This document shows, piece by piece, positions 7,671-16,974 of a stretch of DNA of 64,000 nucleotides. A program made the translations under genes and the position numbers. Origin of the DNA: Candidatus Flemingiibacterium sp. (GTDB taxonomy: Bacteria > Bacillota > Clostridia > Oscillospirales > CAG-272); contig JAZNKS010000096.1 of assembly GCA_045578725.1 (NCBI GenBank), forward strand, positions 9,423-73,422. The letters are read 5' to 3'. Each line of letters opens with the position of its first letter. The first letter of the stretch is position 1. The notes beneath the pieces are model-generated. The model ran no database searches, had not been told where the DNA came from, and was given only the letters and a program-made list of their open reading frames with translations.

Positions 7671-8843
7671 ATGAAACTCTATCTTTCCGAAAATCCGTCC
7701 GCCGCAAAGAACAAGGTCGCGCTGGACGATATGATCCTGACTAAGGATCTTCCCACCACCGCCGGCTCGAAGATGCTGGACGGTTATATGAGCCTGTTTT
7801 CCGCCGAGGTCGCCGACAAATTGACGGCCGCCGGCTTTGATATTGCAGGCAAGGTGAACGTTGGCGAATTTGCCATCGACCTGCTCGGCGAAACCTCCCA
7901 CTACGGCGCTGTTACCTCCGATGGTAAGCTGAGCACCGCATCCGCCGAGCTGCTCCGTGCAGGAGAAGTCAAGGCCGTTATCCATCTGGATGTCAACGGT
8001 ATGCCCCGCCGCGCCGCCGCGCTGAACAATCTCGTCTTTGTCAAGCCCACCTACGGAACCGTTTCCCGCTACGGTACCGTTCCCGCCGCCTGCTCCGGTG
8101 AAACCGTCGGCGTACTGGCCGCAAGTGCCGGCGATGCGAAGGAAGTCCTCGCCGCCGTCATGGGCCACGATGACAAGGACGGCACCAGCCTTCCCGCCGA
8201 CAAGTGCTGTCTGCAGGACGGCAAAATTTCCAAGGTCGTCATCGCCAAAGCCTTCCTTGAAAATGTCGATGCCGCCACCGCCGAAAAGATCGATGCGGCC
8301 AAAGCAAAGCTCGAAGCGGCCGGCATCACCGTTGCGGAAATCGACGGCTCCCTTCTGAAGGCCGCCAGGCTCGCCTGGAACATCTGTATGTCCGCCGAGC
8401 TCTGCAACAACGTTTCCCGCTATGACGGCGTGAAATACGGCTACCGCTCGGCGAATTACACCAACATCGACGAGCTGTACACCAATTCCCGCACCGAGGC
8501 CTTCGGCGAGCTTACCAAGACCGCCATTCTCTACGGCTCCGAAACGCTGTCCACCGAGAATTATCAGAAGGTTTATGACAAGGCCCTGCGCATCCGCCGC
8601 GTGATTTCGGAGGAGCTTGCAAGAATTCTTGCCGATGCCGATGCGATTCTGCTTCCCGCCTGCTCGAAGGCTTCCTACACCGAGGCTGACACGGCGGCAA
8701 ACCTCACCCTGTCCTTCGATGAAGCGCTTTACACCGCTCCCGCCTCGCTGACCGGTCTTCCGGCTGTCGCCGCCGGCGGTGTTCAGCTGATCGGCCGTGC
8801 TTTCGGCGAATCCGCGCTTCTCGATGCGGCCGCTATTCTGTAA
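7671..8843 (+). CDS. gatA: GatA-like amidotransferase subunit A, short (390 aa), with a degenerate amidase signature
   Basis: GAGGTG lies 6 nt before ATG 7671. TKD..TTAGSKML and VKPTYGTVSRYG align to the GatA strings KDN..TTCSSKIL and LKPTYGRVSRYG. In place of GGSSGGS it has GKLSTAS, and in place of GSDTGGSIRQPA it has HLDVNGMPRRAA. Confidence 0.75.
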   Translation: MKLYLSENPSAAKNKVALDDMILTKDLPTTAGSKMLDGYMSLFSAEVADKLTAAGFDIAGKVNVGEFAIDLLGETSHYGAVTSDGKLSTASAELLRAGEVKAVIHLDVNGMPRRAAALNNLVFVKPTYGTVSRYGTVPAACSGETVGVLAASAGDAKEVLAAVMGHDDKDGTSLPADKCCLQDGKISKVVIAKAFLENVDAATAEKIDAAKAKLEAAGITVAEIDGSLLKAARLAWNICMSAELCNNVSRYDGVKYGYRSANYTNIDELYTNSRTEAFGELTKTAILYGSETLSTENYQKVYDKALRIRRVISEELARILADADAILLPACSKASYTEADTAANLTLSFDEALYTAPASLTGLPAVAAGGVQLIGRAFGESALLDAAAIL

Positions 8844-8856
8844 GGAGGAGAAGAAA

Positions 8857-10293
8857 ATGAGATACGAAACCGTCATCGGTCTGGAGGTTCATATCGAGCT
8901 TGCCACCGAATCGAAAATCTTCTGCTCCTGCTCGGCCAGGTTCGGCGGCGAACAGAACGATCATGTCTGCCCCGCCTGCTGCGGTATGCCCGGTATGCTC
9001 CCGATTGTCAACCGTCACGTTGTGGATCTCGGCATGACCGCCGGCCTGATGCTGAACTGCGACATCAACCGCACCACCACCTTCGATAAGAAATCCTACT
9101 ATTATCCGGATCTTCCCTGCTCCTATCAGACCACCCAGTGGTTCGCCCCCGTCGCTGTCAACGGCCTTGTGGAGATCGAAACCTCCAAGGGAAAGAAGGG
9201 CATCCGTATCAAGCAGATCCACATGGAGGAGGATGCCGGTAAGCTGGTTCACGATGATTGGACCGACACCACGCTGGTAGACTTCAACCGTACCTCCGTT
9301 CCGCTCTGCGAGATCGTTTCCCAGCCCGATCTGTCCTCGGCCGAGGAGGTTGTGGCCTATCTGGAGCGTCTGCGCTCGCTGCTGCGCTTTGCGAAGGTTT
9401 CCGACTGCCGTATGGAGCAGGGCTCCATGCGCTGCGACGTCAACCTGTCCGTCCGCCCCGAGGGCTCGGACAAGCTCGGCGTACGCACCGAGATGAAGAA
9501 CATGAACTCCCTCTCCGCCATCGTCCGCGCGATCGAGTATGAAACGGCCCGCCACATCGATGCCATCGAAAACGGCACCGAGGAGCTGGTTCAGGAAACC
9601 CGCCGCTGGGATGACATCAAGGGCAAATCCTTCGCCATGCGCACCAAGGAAACGGCCGGCGATTACCGCTACTTCCCCGATCCGAACATCATGCCCGTTG
9701 TCATCGATGACGAATGGTTCGGCCGCATCAAGGCATCCCTCCCCGAATTCCCCGAAGTCAAGAAGGCCCGCTACACCGGTGAGCTGGGACTCAGCGATTA
9801 CGATGCCGGCCTGCTTTCGGACAGCCGCGCCTTCTGCGATTGCTTTGAAGGGGCTCTCGCCGTCTGCGGCAATGCCAAGGAAGCGGCCAACTGGCTGATT
9901 TCCGATGTCATGACCATTCTCAACAAGAAGCAGATGACGGTCGATGAGCTGACCCTCGACGGAAGAGGGCTCGGCGAGCTGATCAAGCTCGTTATGGACG
10001 GCAAGGTTCAGCGCGGCAATGCCAAGAAGATCCTCTCCGTCATGTTTGAGGAGGAGATTGATCCCGCCTCTTATGCCGAGGCAAACGGCTTCATTGTATC
10101 CAACGATACCGGTGCGATTGAGGAAACCGTCAAGCGCATCGTAGCCGCCGATCCCAAGTCGGTCGCCGACTACAAGGGCGGCAAGGAGAAGGCGCTGATG
10201 GCGCTCTTCGGAAAGTGCATGAAGGAGCTGAAGGGCAACTGCGATCCGCAGGTTCTGCGCACCATGCTTCTTGACTGCATCAGCAAACAGTAA
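8857..10293 (+). CDS. gatB: Asp-tRNA(Asn)/Glu-tRNA(Gln) amidotransferase subunit B
   Basis: AAGGAGGAG precedes ATG 8857. MRYETVIGLEVHIELATESKIFCSCS and MEQGSMRCDVNLS are GatB hallmarks. Confidence 0.95.
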   Translation: MRYETVIGLEVHIELATESKIFCSCSARFGGEQNDHVCPACCGMPGMLPIVNRHVVDLGMTAGLMLNCDINRTTTFDKKSYYYPDLPCSYQTTQWFAPVAVNGLVEIETSKGKKGIRIKQIHMEEDAGKLVHDDWTDTTLVDFNRTSVPLCEIVSQPDLSSAEEVVAYLERLRSLLRFAKVSDCRMEQGSMRCDVNLSVRPEGSDKLGVRTEMKNMNSLSAIVRAIEYETARHIDAIENGTEELVQETRRWDDIKGKSFAMRTKETAGDYRYFPDPNIMPVVIDDEWFGRIKASLPEFPEVKKARYTGELGLSDYDAGLLSDSRAFCDCFEGALAVCGNAKEAANWLISDVMTILNKKQMTVDELTLDGRGLGELIKLVMDGKVQRGNAKKILSVMFEEEIDPASYAEANGFIVSNDTGAIEETVKRIVAADPKSVADYKGGKEKALMALFGKCMKELKGNCDPQVLRTMLLDCISKQ

Positions 10294-10306
10294 ACAAATA
10301 CCACCG

Positions 10307-10336
10307 GGCCCGCTGTCATCAGGCAGCGGGCCTTTT
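10307..10336 (+). terminator. Intrinsic terminator after gatB
   Basis: GGCCCGCTG-loop-CAGCGGGCC followed by TTTT. Confidence 0.75.
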
Positions 10337-10391
10337 CGTGATTTCATCCGAAAAGTCCCCGCGAAATCCCACAGAATCTCCCCCCTGCCGA

Positions 10392-10420
10392 TTGACTTTC
10401 CTGGCTGATTATGGTATAAT
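10392..10420 (+). promoter_or_regulatory. Sigma-A-type promoter of the DUF1538/P-II operon
   Basis: TTGACT (10392-10397), a 17-nt spacer, then TATAAT (10415-10420) with a TGG extended -10. Confidence 0.6.
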
Positions 10421-10496
10421 GATAGTAATTGCGGATCCGCGCAAAATCCTACAGACGGAAGGTGTTTATTTGAATCCAAAACTCAAGGAAAAAACG

Positions 10497-11993
10497 ATGG
10501 AATCCCTGTCCGCCGTTCTTCCGATCACCGGAATTGTTCTGCTGCTCTCCATCTTTCTGATCCCGATGGAGCTGGGACGGATGGTCATGTTCGTCACCGG
10601 TGCCGTCATGCTGATCATCGGCATGGGCTTTTTCCAGCTCGGTGCCGAAATGGCGATGACTCCGCTGGGCGAGGGCATCGGCGTTCAGCTTTCAAAATCG
10701 AAAAGGTTTATCTTCCTGCTTCTCATCGCCTTCCTGATGGGTGTAATCATCACGATCTCCGAGCCCGATCTGCAGGTTCTGGCCGAGCAGGTTCCCTCGG
10801 TGCCCAACATGGCGCTGATTCTCACCGTTGCGGTCGGTGTCGGTATCTTTCTTGCCATCGCCATCGCCCGTATTATCTTCAAAATCGATCTTTCGATCAT
10901 CCTGATCGCCTTCTATCTTCTGCTCATCGGCGCCTCCTTTCTGGTTCCCGGTGATTTTGTCGCGGTCGCCTTCGACTCCGGCGGCGTTACCACCGGACCG
11001 ATGACCGTTCCCTTCATCATGGCGCTCGGTGTCGGTATCGCCTCCATGCGAAGCGACAAGAATGCCGCCAGCGACTCCTTCGGTCTGGTCGCCCTCTCCA
11101 GCGTCGGCCCGATTCTGGCCGTGCTGATCCTCGGCTGCTTCTTCAAGCCCACCGAGGCCTCCTACAGCCTCTCGGATATGGCAGATGTATCCACGACGCA
11201 GGATGTTGCAAAGGTCTTCTTCCACGGCCTGCCCGAATATGCGGGTGAGGTTGCCATTTCACTGGCTCCCATCGTCGCGGTCTTTGCCCTCTTCCAGCTT
11301 TTAAGCCGCCGCTATCACCGCCGTCAGATCCTTCGGATCCTCGTCGGTATCGGCTATACATACCTGGGTCTTGTGCTCTTCCTCTGCGGCGTCAACATCG
11401 GCTTTGCACCGGTCGGCTCCTTCCTCGGCGGTGCACTCGCCTCCCTGCCCTACAAATGGATCCTCGTACCGATCGGTATGCTGATCGGTTACTTCATCGT
11501 CAAGGCCGAGCCGGCCATTCAGGTCCTCAACCGTCAGGTTGAATCGGTTACGGACGGCGCCATCTCCGCCCGCGCCATGAACCGCTGTATGTCCATCGGT
11601 GTTGCGGTTTCGGTCGGCCTTGCCATGTTCCGCGTACTGAGCGGTCTGGCCATCCAATGGATCATCATCCCCGGCTATCTGATCGCGCTGGTGCTCTCAC
11701 GCATCGTACCGAAAATCTTTGTCGGTATCGCCTTTGACTCGGGCGGAGTAGCCAGCGGCCCGATGACCACCACATTCCTGCTTCCGCTGAGCATTGGCGC
11801 CTGTCTGGCCGTCGGCGGCAATCTGATGACGGATGCCTTCGGTGTTGTCGCGCTGGTTGCCCTCACGCCGCTGATCGCCATCCAGATCATGGGCCTCGTC
11901 TTCCAGATCAAAACCGCCAAGGTGCAGAAGCATCTCGTCCCGACCGCGATTCCGGCCGATGCCGACGATATCCTTGTATTTGTGGAGGATTAA
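10497..11993 (+). CDS. DUF1538 family integral membrane protein with two internal repeats
   Basis: About 12 hydrophobic segments. The diagnostic repeats are VAFDSGGVTTGPMTVPF and IAFDSGGVASGPMTTTF. An alternative TTG start at 10470 lies behind GGAAGGTG. Confidence 0.75.
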   Translation: MESLSAVLPITGIVLLLSIFLIPMELGRMVMFVTGAVMLIIGMGFFQLGAEMAMTPLGEGIGVQLSKSKRFIFLLLIAFLMGVIITISEPDLQVLAEQVPSVPNMALILTVAVGVGIFLAIAIARIIFKIDLSIILIAFYLLLIGASFLVPGDFVAVAFDSGGVTTGPMTVPFIMALGVGIASMRSDKNAASDSFGLVALSSVGPILAVLILGCFFKPTEASYSLSDMADVSTTQDVAKVFFHGLPEYAGEVAISLAPIVAVFALFQLLSRRYHRRQILRILVGIGYTYLGLVLFLCGVNIGFAPVGSFLGGALASLPYKWILVPIGMLIGYFIVKAEPAIQVLNRQVESVTDGAISARAMNRCMSIGVAVSVGLAMFRVLSGLAIQWIIIPGYLIALVLSRIVPKIFVGIAFDSGGVASGPMTTTFLLPLSIGACLAVGGNLMTDAFGVVALVALTPLIAIQIMGLVFQIKTAKVQKHLVPTAIPADADDILVFVED

Positions 11994-11996
11994 CGT

Positions 11997-12692
11997 ATGG
12001 ATAACAACAACAAGCAAGCCTACCGGATGCTCGTGCTCATCACCAATCCCAAGCTGGCCGTGAAGGCCGAAGCGCTTCTGCGCTCCGCCTCGATCCCGGT
12101 TTCCTATCAGCTGAATGCCGAGGGCACCGCCTCCAGCGAGATCATGGATATGCTGGGTCTTGGCAGCATTGACAAGAGCCTGATTGTCAGCTTCTTAACC
12201 AAATCCGCCGCCGATGAAACCCTGCTCCGCCTCCGCCGCAAGCTGAGGCTCGGCAGTACCAACAGCGGCATCGCCTTCACGGTTCCACTCTCCGGAGCCA
12301 GCAAGGCCATCCTCGATATGATCGCCATGCGCAGCGATGTGTCCTCAAAGAATGAACGAAAGGGTGAGATTTCCTTGGAAGAAATGAATTTTATGCTGAT
12401 TGCCGCCATCGTACACCGCGGCTTTTCCGAAAACGTTATGGAAGCGGCCCGCTCGGCCGGTGCCAGCGGCGGAACCGTTCTCCACAGCCGCCAGATCGAC
12501 AGCGAGGCCATCACCAGCAAGTGGGGTCTGAACGGTCAGGAGGAAAAGGAGATCGTGCTGATTCTGGCCGGTGAAGCCAACAAGGCCGGCATCATGAAGG
12601 CCATCAGCGAAAAATGCGGTGTCCACAGCGAGGCCAAGGGGCTTGTGCTCTCCCTGCCTATCGATTCGGTCATCGGTCTCCAGATCTATTGA
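11997..12692 (+). CDS. P-II-like signalling protein with two tandem P-II-fold halves, 231 aa
   Basis: The start is 3 nt after the DUF1538 stop, behind GGAGGA. The two halves (YRMLVLITNPKLA... and NFMLIAAIVHRGFS...) have a beta-alpha-beta pattern. This is the usual genomic partner of DUF1538 proteins, as I recall. Confidence 0.6.
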   Translation: MDNNNKQAYRMLVLITNPKLAVKAEALLRSASIPVSYQLNAEGTASSEIMDMLGLGSIDKSLIVSFLTKSAADETLLRLRRKLRLGSTNSGIAFTVPLSGASKAILDMIAMRSDVSSKNERKGEISLEEMNFMLIAAIVHRGFSENVMEAARSAGASGGTVLHSRQIDSEAITSKWGLNGQEEKEIVLILAGEANKAGIMKAISEKCGVHSEAKGLVLSLPIDSVIGLQIY

Positions 12693-12718
12693 TTACCGCC
12701 AATCGGGAGGATTTGATT

Positions 12719-14647
12719 ATGGATAAGCTTCGCCGCGGAATCCATCTGGATTTCCATACTCTGCCCGGCATTTATGATTTTGCCGCCAATTTCGATGCGG
12801 ATGCCTTTGCATCCACCCTCGCCGATGCGCACGTTGAAATCATCAATGTCTTCGCGCGCTGCAACATCGGCTTCTCCTACTATCCCACGAAAATCGGCGT
12901 GCCCTATCCGGGCATGAAGATCGACCTGCTCGGCGAGATGATCCGGGCCTGCCATGCGCGTTCCATCAAGGTGGTTGCCTATGTCAATGCCGGCATCAAT
13001 CACGAACTCTGCCGTCTCCATCCCGAATGGTGCCAGATCAACGAAAACGGGCAGATCCGCACCGGCGATCCGGCCAACAACAACTGCTTCCGCACCCCCT
13101 GCTACAATACGGGCTGGGGTGAGCATCTGCTGGCCGAAATCCGCGAGATTGTCGAGAATTACGATGTGGACGGCATCTTCACCGACTGCATGATGCTCCG
13201 TCCCTGCTGGTGCGACAAGTGCACGGCCGATATGAAGGCTGAGGGGATCGACATCACCAACCGCGCCGCCGTCACCGAATTCGCTCACCGGCAGATTCTC
13301 GACACGGTGCGAAAAATCCGCGAAATCATTCCCGAGGGCAAGCTCTTCCATCCCAACAGCTTAAAGCACGATGAGGTGGATGCCTGGCAGACCCATGCCG
13401 AGGTGGAGGTTCTCCCCAGCGGCAGCTGCTGGAATTACGACAGCTTCCTGCCCGAAGCCTCCTATATGCGCACCCTCTATGGGCAGGTTCTCTATATGAC
13501 CGGCCGCTTCCAGTCCTCCTGGGGCGATTTCGGCGGCCTGCGCACGAAGGCATCCATCGAAAACGATATCTACGATGCCCTCACAGCCGGTGTTCAGTAT
13601 TCGGTTGGCGACCATATGCACCCCGCCGATGGTCTGATTGGCGATATGTACCGGATGCTCGGCGAGATCTATGCGCGCACAAAGCTGTACGAAGAATACA
13701 CCGATGAGGCGAAATACCTGGCCGAGGCGGCAATTCTGCTCCATAGGGGCGGCGGTATGCCGCAGGCTGTGACCGGCGCGGTCCGGATGCTGGCCGAATT
13801 GAAGGTCGGCTTCGATGTCATCAACGAGGACCGTGATTTCTCCCTCTACCGGCTGCTGATCGTTCCGGAAAATATCGGCATGACCGACACGCTGATGACA
13901 AAGCTCCGCGCCTTTGCCGATCACGGCGGCAAGCTGATTTTCGCCGGCGGCAGTATGCTGAATCCCGCACGGAACGGCTTTGCGCTTCGTGAGCTGGATT
14001 CCCTGCTCTCCTATCACGGCCCGGACAACTCCAACGCCTCCTATTACATCACCCGCGAGGCGATCACCGGCGTGCGGATGAAGTATTCGACCTATTCCGG
14101 CGGCATTCTCATCAAGGCGGCGGACGATGCATCTGTCATCGCCGATCGCGTGGCCCCCTATTTTGACCGGCACTGGGACGGACAGCACGGCTATTTCTAC
14201 ACGCCGCCCGCCAAAGAGGACGGCTTCACAGCCGCCGCGCTCCGTGAAAATCTCGGCGTGATCAGCTTCGGCATCTTCTCCGCCTACTGCCGCAAGGCCT
14301 CCGTCTTCCACAAAAAGCTGGTTGCGCGGATGCTCGATGAGCTTCTGCCCGACCGGCAGATTCTCGCGCCGTCCCTTCCGTCCACCTCGCGCCTGACGCT
14401 GACCGGCACCGATTCCTACCGCCTGCTCCATGTGAAGGTCACCTTCCCCGAGCCGCGCGGCCCTGTCATGGATGCGATCGAGGAGCACGTCACCCTGCCC
14501 GCCGGCCGCGAAGTCACCGTGCGCGGCGAATGCGGTGAGGTTCTCCGTCTGCCGGACAAAACGCCGATTCCCTTTGTCGCCGAAAACGGCTGCACCCGTA
14601 TCACCCTCCCCGAAATCACCGGCTACGATATGTTCCTGCTCCGGTAA
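12719..14647 (+). CDS. Putative glycoside hydrolase; GHL6-like N-terminal TIM barrel with a beta-galactosidase-trimerisation-like C-terminal part
   Basis: GGGAGG precedes ATG 12719. RGIHLDFHTLPGIYDF...NVFARCNIGFSYYPT is what I recall for the hypothetical glycosyl hydrolase 6 family. The subfamily was not verified. Confidence 0.55.
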   Translation: MDKLRRGIHLDFHTLPGIYDFAANFDADAFASTLADAHVEIINVFARCNIGFSYYPTKIGVPYPGMKIDLLGEMIRACHARSIKVVAYVNAGINHELCRLHPEWCQINENGQIRTGDPANNNCFRTPCYNTGWGEHLLAEIREIVENYDVDGIFTDCMMLRPCWCDKCTADMKAEGIDITNRAAVTEFAHRQILDTVRKIREIIPEGKLFHPNSLKHDEVDAWQTHAEVEVLPSGSCWNYDSFLPEASYMRTLYGQVLYMTGRFQSSWGDFGGLRTKASIENDIYDALTAGVQYSVGDHMHPADGLIGDMYRMLGEIYARTKLYEEYTDEAKYLAEAAILLHRGGGMPQAVTGAVRMLAELKVGFDVINEDRDFSLYRLLIVPENIGMTDTLMTKLRAFADHGGKLIFAGGSMLNPARNGFALRELDSLLSYHGPDNSNASYYITREAITGVRMKYSTYSGGILIKAADDASVIADRVAPYFDRHWDGQHGYFYTPPAKEDGFTAAALRENLGVISFGIFSAYCRKASVFHKKLVARMLDELLPDRQILAPSLPSTSRLTLTGTDSYRLLHVKVTFPEPRGPVMDAIEEHVTLPAGREVTVRGECGEVLRLPDKTPIPFVAENGCTRITLPEITGYDMFLLR

Positions 14648-14665
14648 AACCGCGAAAGGCATTCC

Positions 14666-15868
14666 ATGAAAAAGAAAAACCTTCCCCTGATCTTTGTAAT
14701 CCTCTATCTTGCCTACACCTCGATCTACATCGCGCGGCTGAATCTTTCGATGGCCTCGCACGATCTCACCGTTGGGACCGGGCTTCTCACCACGGAGCAG
14801 TACGGCATTCTCTCCGGCGCATTTTTAGTCATCTACGCCCTCGGCCGGCTCATCAACGGCGGCCTGAGCGACCGGATCCGTCCGTGGATCATGCTCTGCA
14901 CCGGACTTGGCGGCGCGGGTCTTGCCAATCTGCTCTTCTCCCTCTTCCCGCCATTTATCGGGATGCTGATTCTCTGGTGCGCCAATGCCTGGGCCCAATC
15001 GATGCTCTGGAGCTCGGTACTCTGCGTTGTCGCCGCCAGCTGGGAGGAATCGAAGGCAAAAAAGATCACCTCCTATGTGGTCACCTCGGTAACCGTCGGC
15101 AACCTGATCGCCATCCCGCTGAGCAGCCTGATTATCACCAGCCTCGGTCTTGCCTATGCTTTTCTGCTCCCCGGCGGCCTCACGCTCGTGATGGGTGCTG
15201 CGGTCTTCTTCACGCTCCGCCACATAGGCCTTCCGACCGCGAAAGCGGATTCAGCCGCAGCTGATACGCCGCAGAGTGCTCCGGTATCCGAGCTTCTGAA
15301 GAAGCCGGATATCCGCCTCACCGTGCCGAGCGCCTTCCTGCACGGCATCATGAAGGACAACATCACCGGCTGGATGACGAAATTCTTCATTTTCACCTTC
15401 GCCATCGATCTGACCGAAGCCTCGCTGTTCGTCTTCTTCATCCCGCTGGTCGGATTCGTCGGCCGGATGATCTATCCGCTGATCTATCGGCTCTGCGGCG
15501 AAAAGGAGCATACGGTCAGCCTGCTCGGCTTTGCGATCTGTACCGTTTCCTCGCTCCCGCTGATTTTCGGATTCGGCGGCCCGATCCTTGCCATGATCTG
15601 CCTCTCGCTGATGTATGCGGCGGTTTCGCTGATCAACACGACCCTGCTTTCGATCTATCCGATTGAATATGCCAAATCCGGACGCGTCGCCACGGTCAGC
15701 GGCATCATGGATTTTGCCACTTATCTCGGTGCCGGACTCGGCTCGATGGTTTACGGCACGGTAATCGAAAACTTCGGCTATGCACCGATGTTCGCCAGCT
15801 GGGCGGCGGTATCCGTCCTGTCGATTTTCCTGACCGGCCGGCTGATCCGCGTTCTGAAAAAAATGTAA
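14666..15868 (+). CDS. MFS transporter, possibly of the organophosphate/sugar-phosphate antiporter type
   Basis: 400 aa with about 12 TM segments. The N-terminal YIARLNLSMAS string resembles the GlpT/UhpC-type motif. Confidence 0.7.
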   Translation: MKKKNLPLIFVILYLAYTSIYIARLNLSMASHDLTVGTGLLTTEQYGILSGAFLVIYALGRLINGGLSDRIRPWIMLCTGLGGAGLANLLFSLFPPFIGMLILWCANAWAQSMLWSSVLCVVAASWEESKAKKITSYVVTSVTVGNLIAIPLSSLIITSLGLAYAFLLPGGLTLVMGAAVFFTLRHIGLPTAKADSAAADTPQSAPVSELLKKPDIRLTVPSAFLHGIMKDNITGWMTKFFIFTFAIDLTEASLFVFFIPLVGFVGRMIYPLIYRLCGEKEHTVSLLGFAICTVSSLPLIFGFGGPILAMICLSLMYAAVSLINTTLLSIYPIEYAKSGRVATVSGIMDFATYLGAGLGSMVYGTVIENFGYAPMFASWAAVSVLSIFLTGRLIRVLKKM

Positions 15869-15870
15869 AA

Positions 15871-15905
15871 AAGGGGCTGTTGCATTTCGATGCAGCAGCC
15901 CCTTG
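15871..15905. terminator. Terminator-like hairpin of the GGGGCTGTTGCAT family
   Basis: AAGGGGCTGTTGCAT-ttcg-ATGCAGCAGCCCCTT forms a 15-bp stem with one G-U pair, directly after the MFS stop. Confidence 0.65.
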
Positions 15906-15967
15906 ATACTGGCTTCCCAATGCTCTATAATAAAACAAAATCATCCGCCGCCGGGAGGGACGCACTG

Positions 15968-16822
15968 TTGGATAAAAAAATCACCGATTCCCTCATCTTT
16001 TTCTATCAGAAGAATGAGGCTGTCTGCGCCGATGCGAATCACTATCCGCACACCCATTCCTTCTGTGAGCTGTATTTTTATCTTGGCGGCCGATGCTCCT
16101 ATATGATTGAGGAGGGCGTGTATCAGCTCTCCTACGGCACGGTCATCTTCACCCGTCCGGGCGAGCTGCACAGCGTCATGATCAACGAGGCCTGCACCTA
16201 TGAGCGGGCTTATTATCAGATTCATCCCCACGCGCTGGATTATCTGGGCGCGGGATCGGCCATGCGGTGCTTTCTGGAGCGCCCCTTCGGTCAGGAGAAC
16301 ACCCTGATTCTGGAGCGGCCGCTCATGGATGACTGCCTTTCGCGGATCCTTCGCACCGACGGTCGGTTTCTGAACGGCGATCCGGACCGCAATATGCTGG
16401 CGATGGCCGATTTTCTGGAGATTCTGCACACGGTGAACCGCGCCTTCGACGAGCGTACCGGCTCCCTTTGCAATGTTCCGAAGAATGAGCTTGTCAACCG
16501 CGCGCTCCGGTACATCAATCTGCATCTGCCCGAGCTGACAACCGTGGCCGATCTGGCCGACCGGCTGTTTGTCAGCCGCGAATATCTCTCCCGGCTCTTC
16601 TCCGAGGCGATGGGCATCACGCTGATCCGCTACATCACGCGCAAGCGGATCGAGATGGCCAAATCCCTTCTTGCGCAGGGAAAATCGCTGGAGGAGGTCT
16701 GCAGCGCCTGCGGCTGGCAGGATTATTCCTATTTCATCTCGGTCTTCCGCCGCGAAACCGGCATCACACCGCTCAAATTCCAGCAGACCAACCGTCTGCT
16801 GACCCAAGGAATCGAGATATGA
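15968..16822 (+). CDS. AraC family transcriptional regulator (cupin plus HTH)
   Basis: The C-terminal YINLH...SREYLSRLFSEAMGITLIRYITRKRIEMAKSLL...ISVFRRETGITPLKF is an AraC HTH. I chose the TTG start at 15968 behind GGGAGGGA because the ORF-track start at 15890 lies inside the preceding terminator hairpin. Confidence 0.8.
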   Translation: MDKKITDSLIFFYQKNEAVCADANHYPHTHSFCELYFYLGGRCSYMIEEGVYQLSYGTVIFTRPGELHSVMINEACTYERAYYQIHPHALDYLGAGSAMRCFLERPFGQENTLILERPLMDDCLSRILRTDGRFLNGDPDRNMLAMADFLEILHTVNRAFDERTGSLCNVPKNELVNRALRYINLHLPELTTVADLADRLFVSREYLSRLFSEAMGITLIRYITRKRIEMAKSLLAQGKSLEEVCSACGWQDYSYFISVFRRETGITPLKFQQTNRLLTQGIEI

Positions 16823-16974
16823 GAAAAATCATCACCGCCCTTCTGTTAACCGCTTCCCTGCCCGCAGACGGCTCCTGATCCATAACAGTCCCACCGCCCA
16901 TTTCGGCGGGGGCGTTCTATTCCCGCCCTCCTTCGCATATAGTATAGCAAAATCCCCGAAGGAGGTATTTTTTC

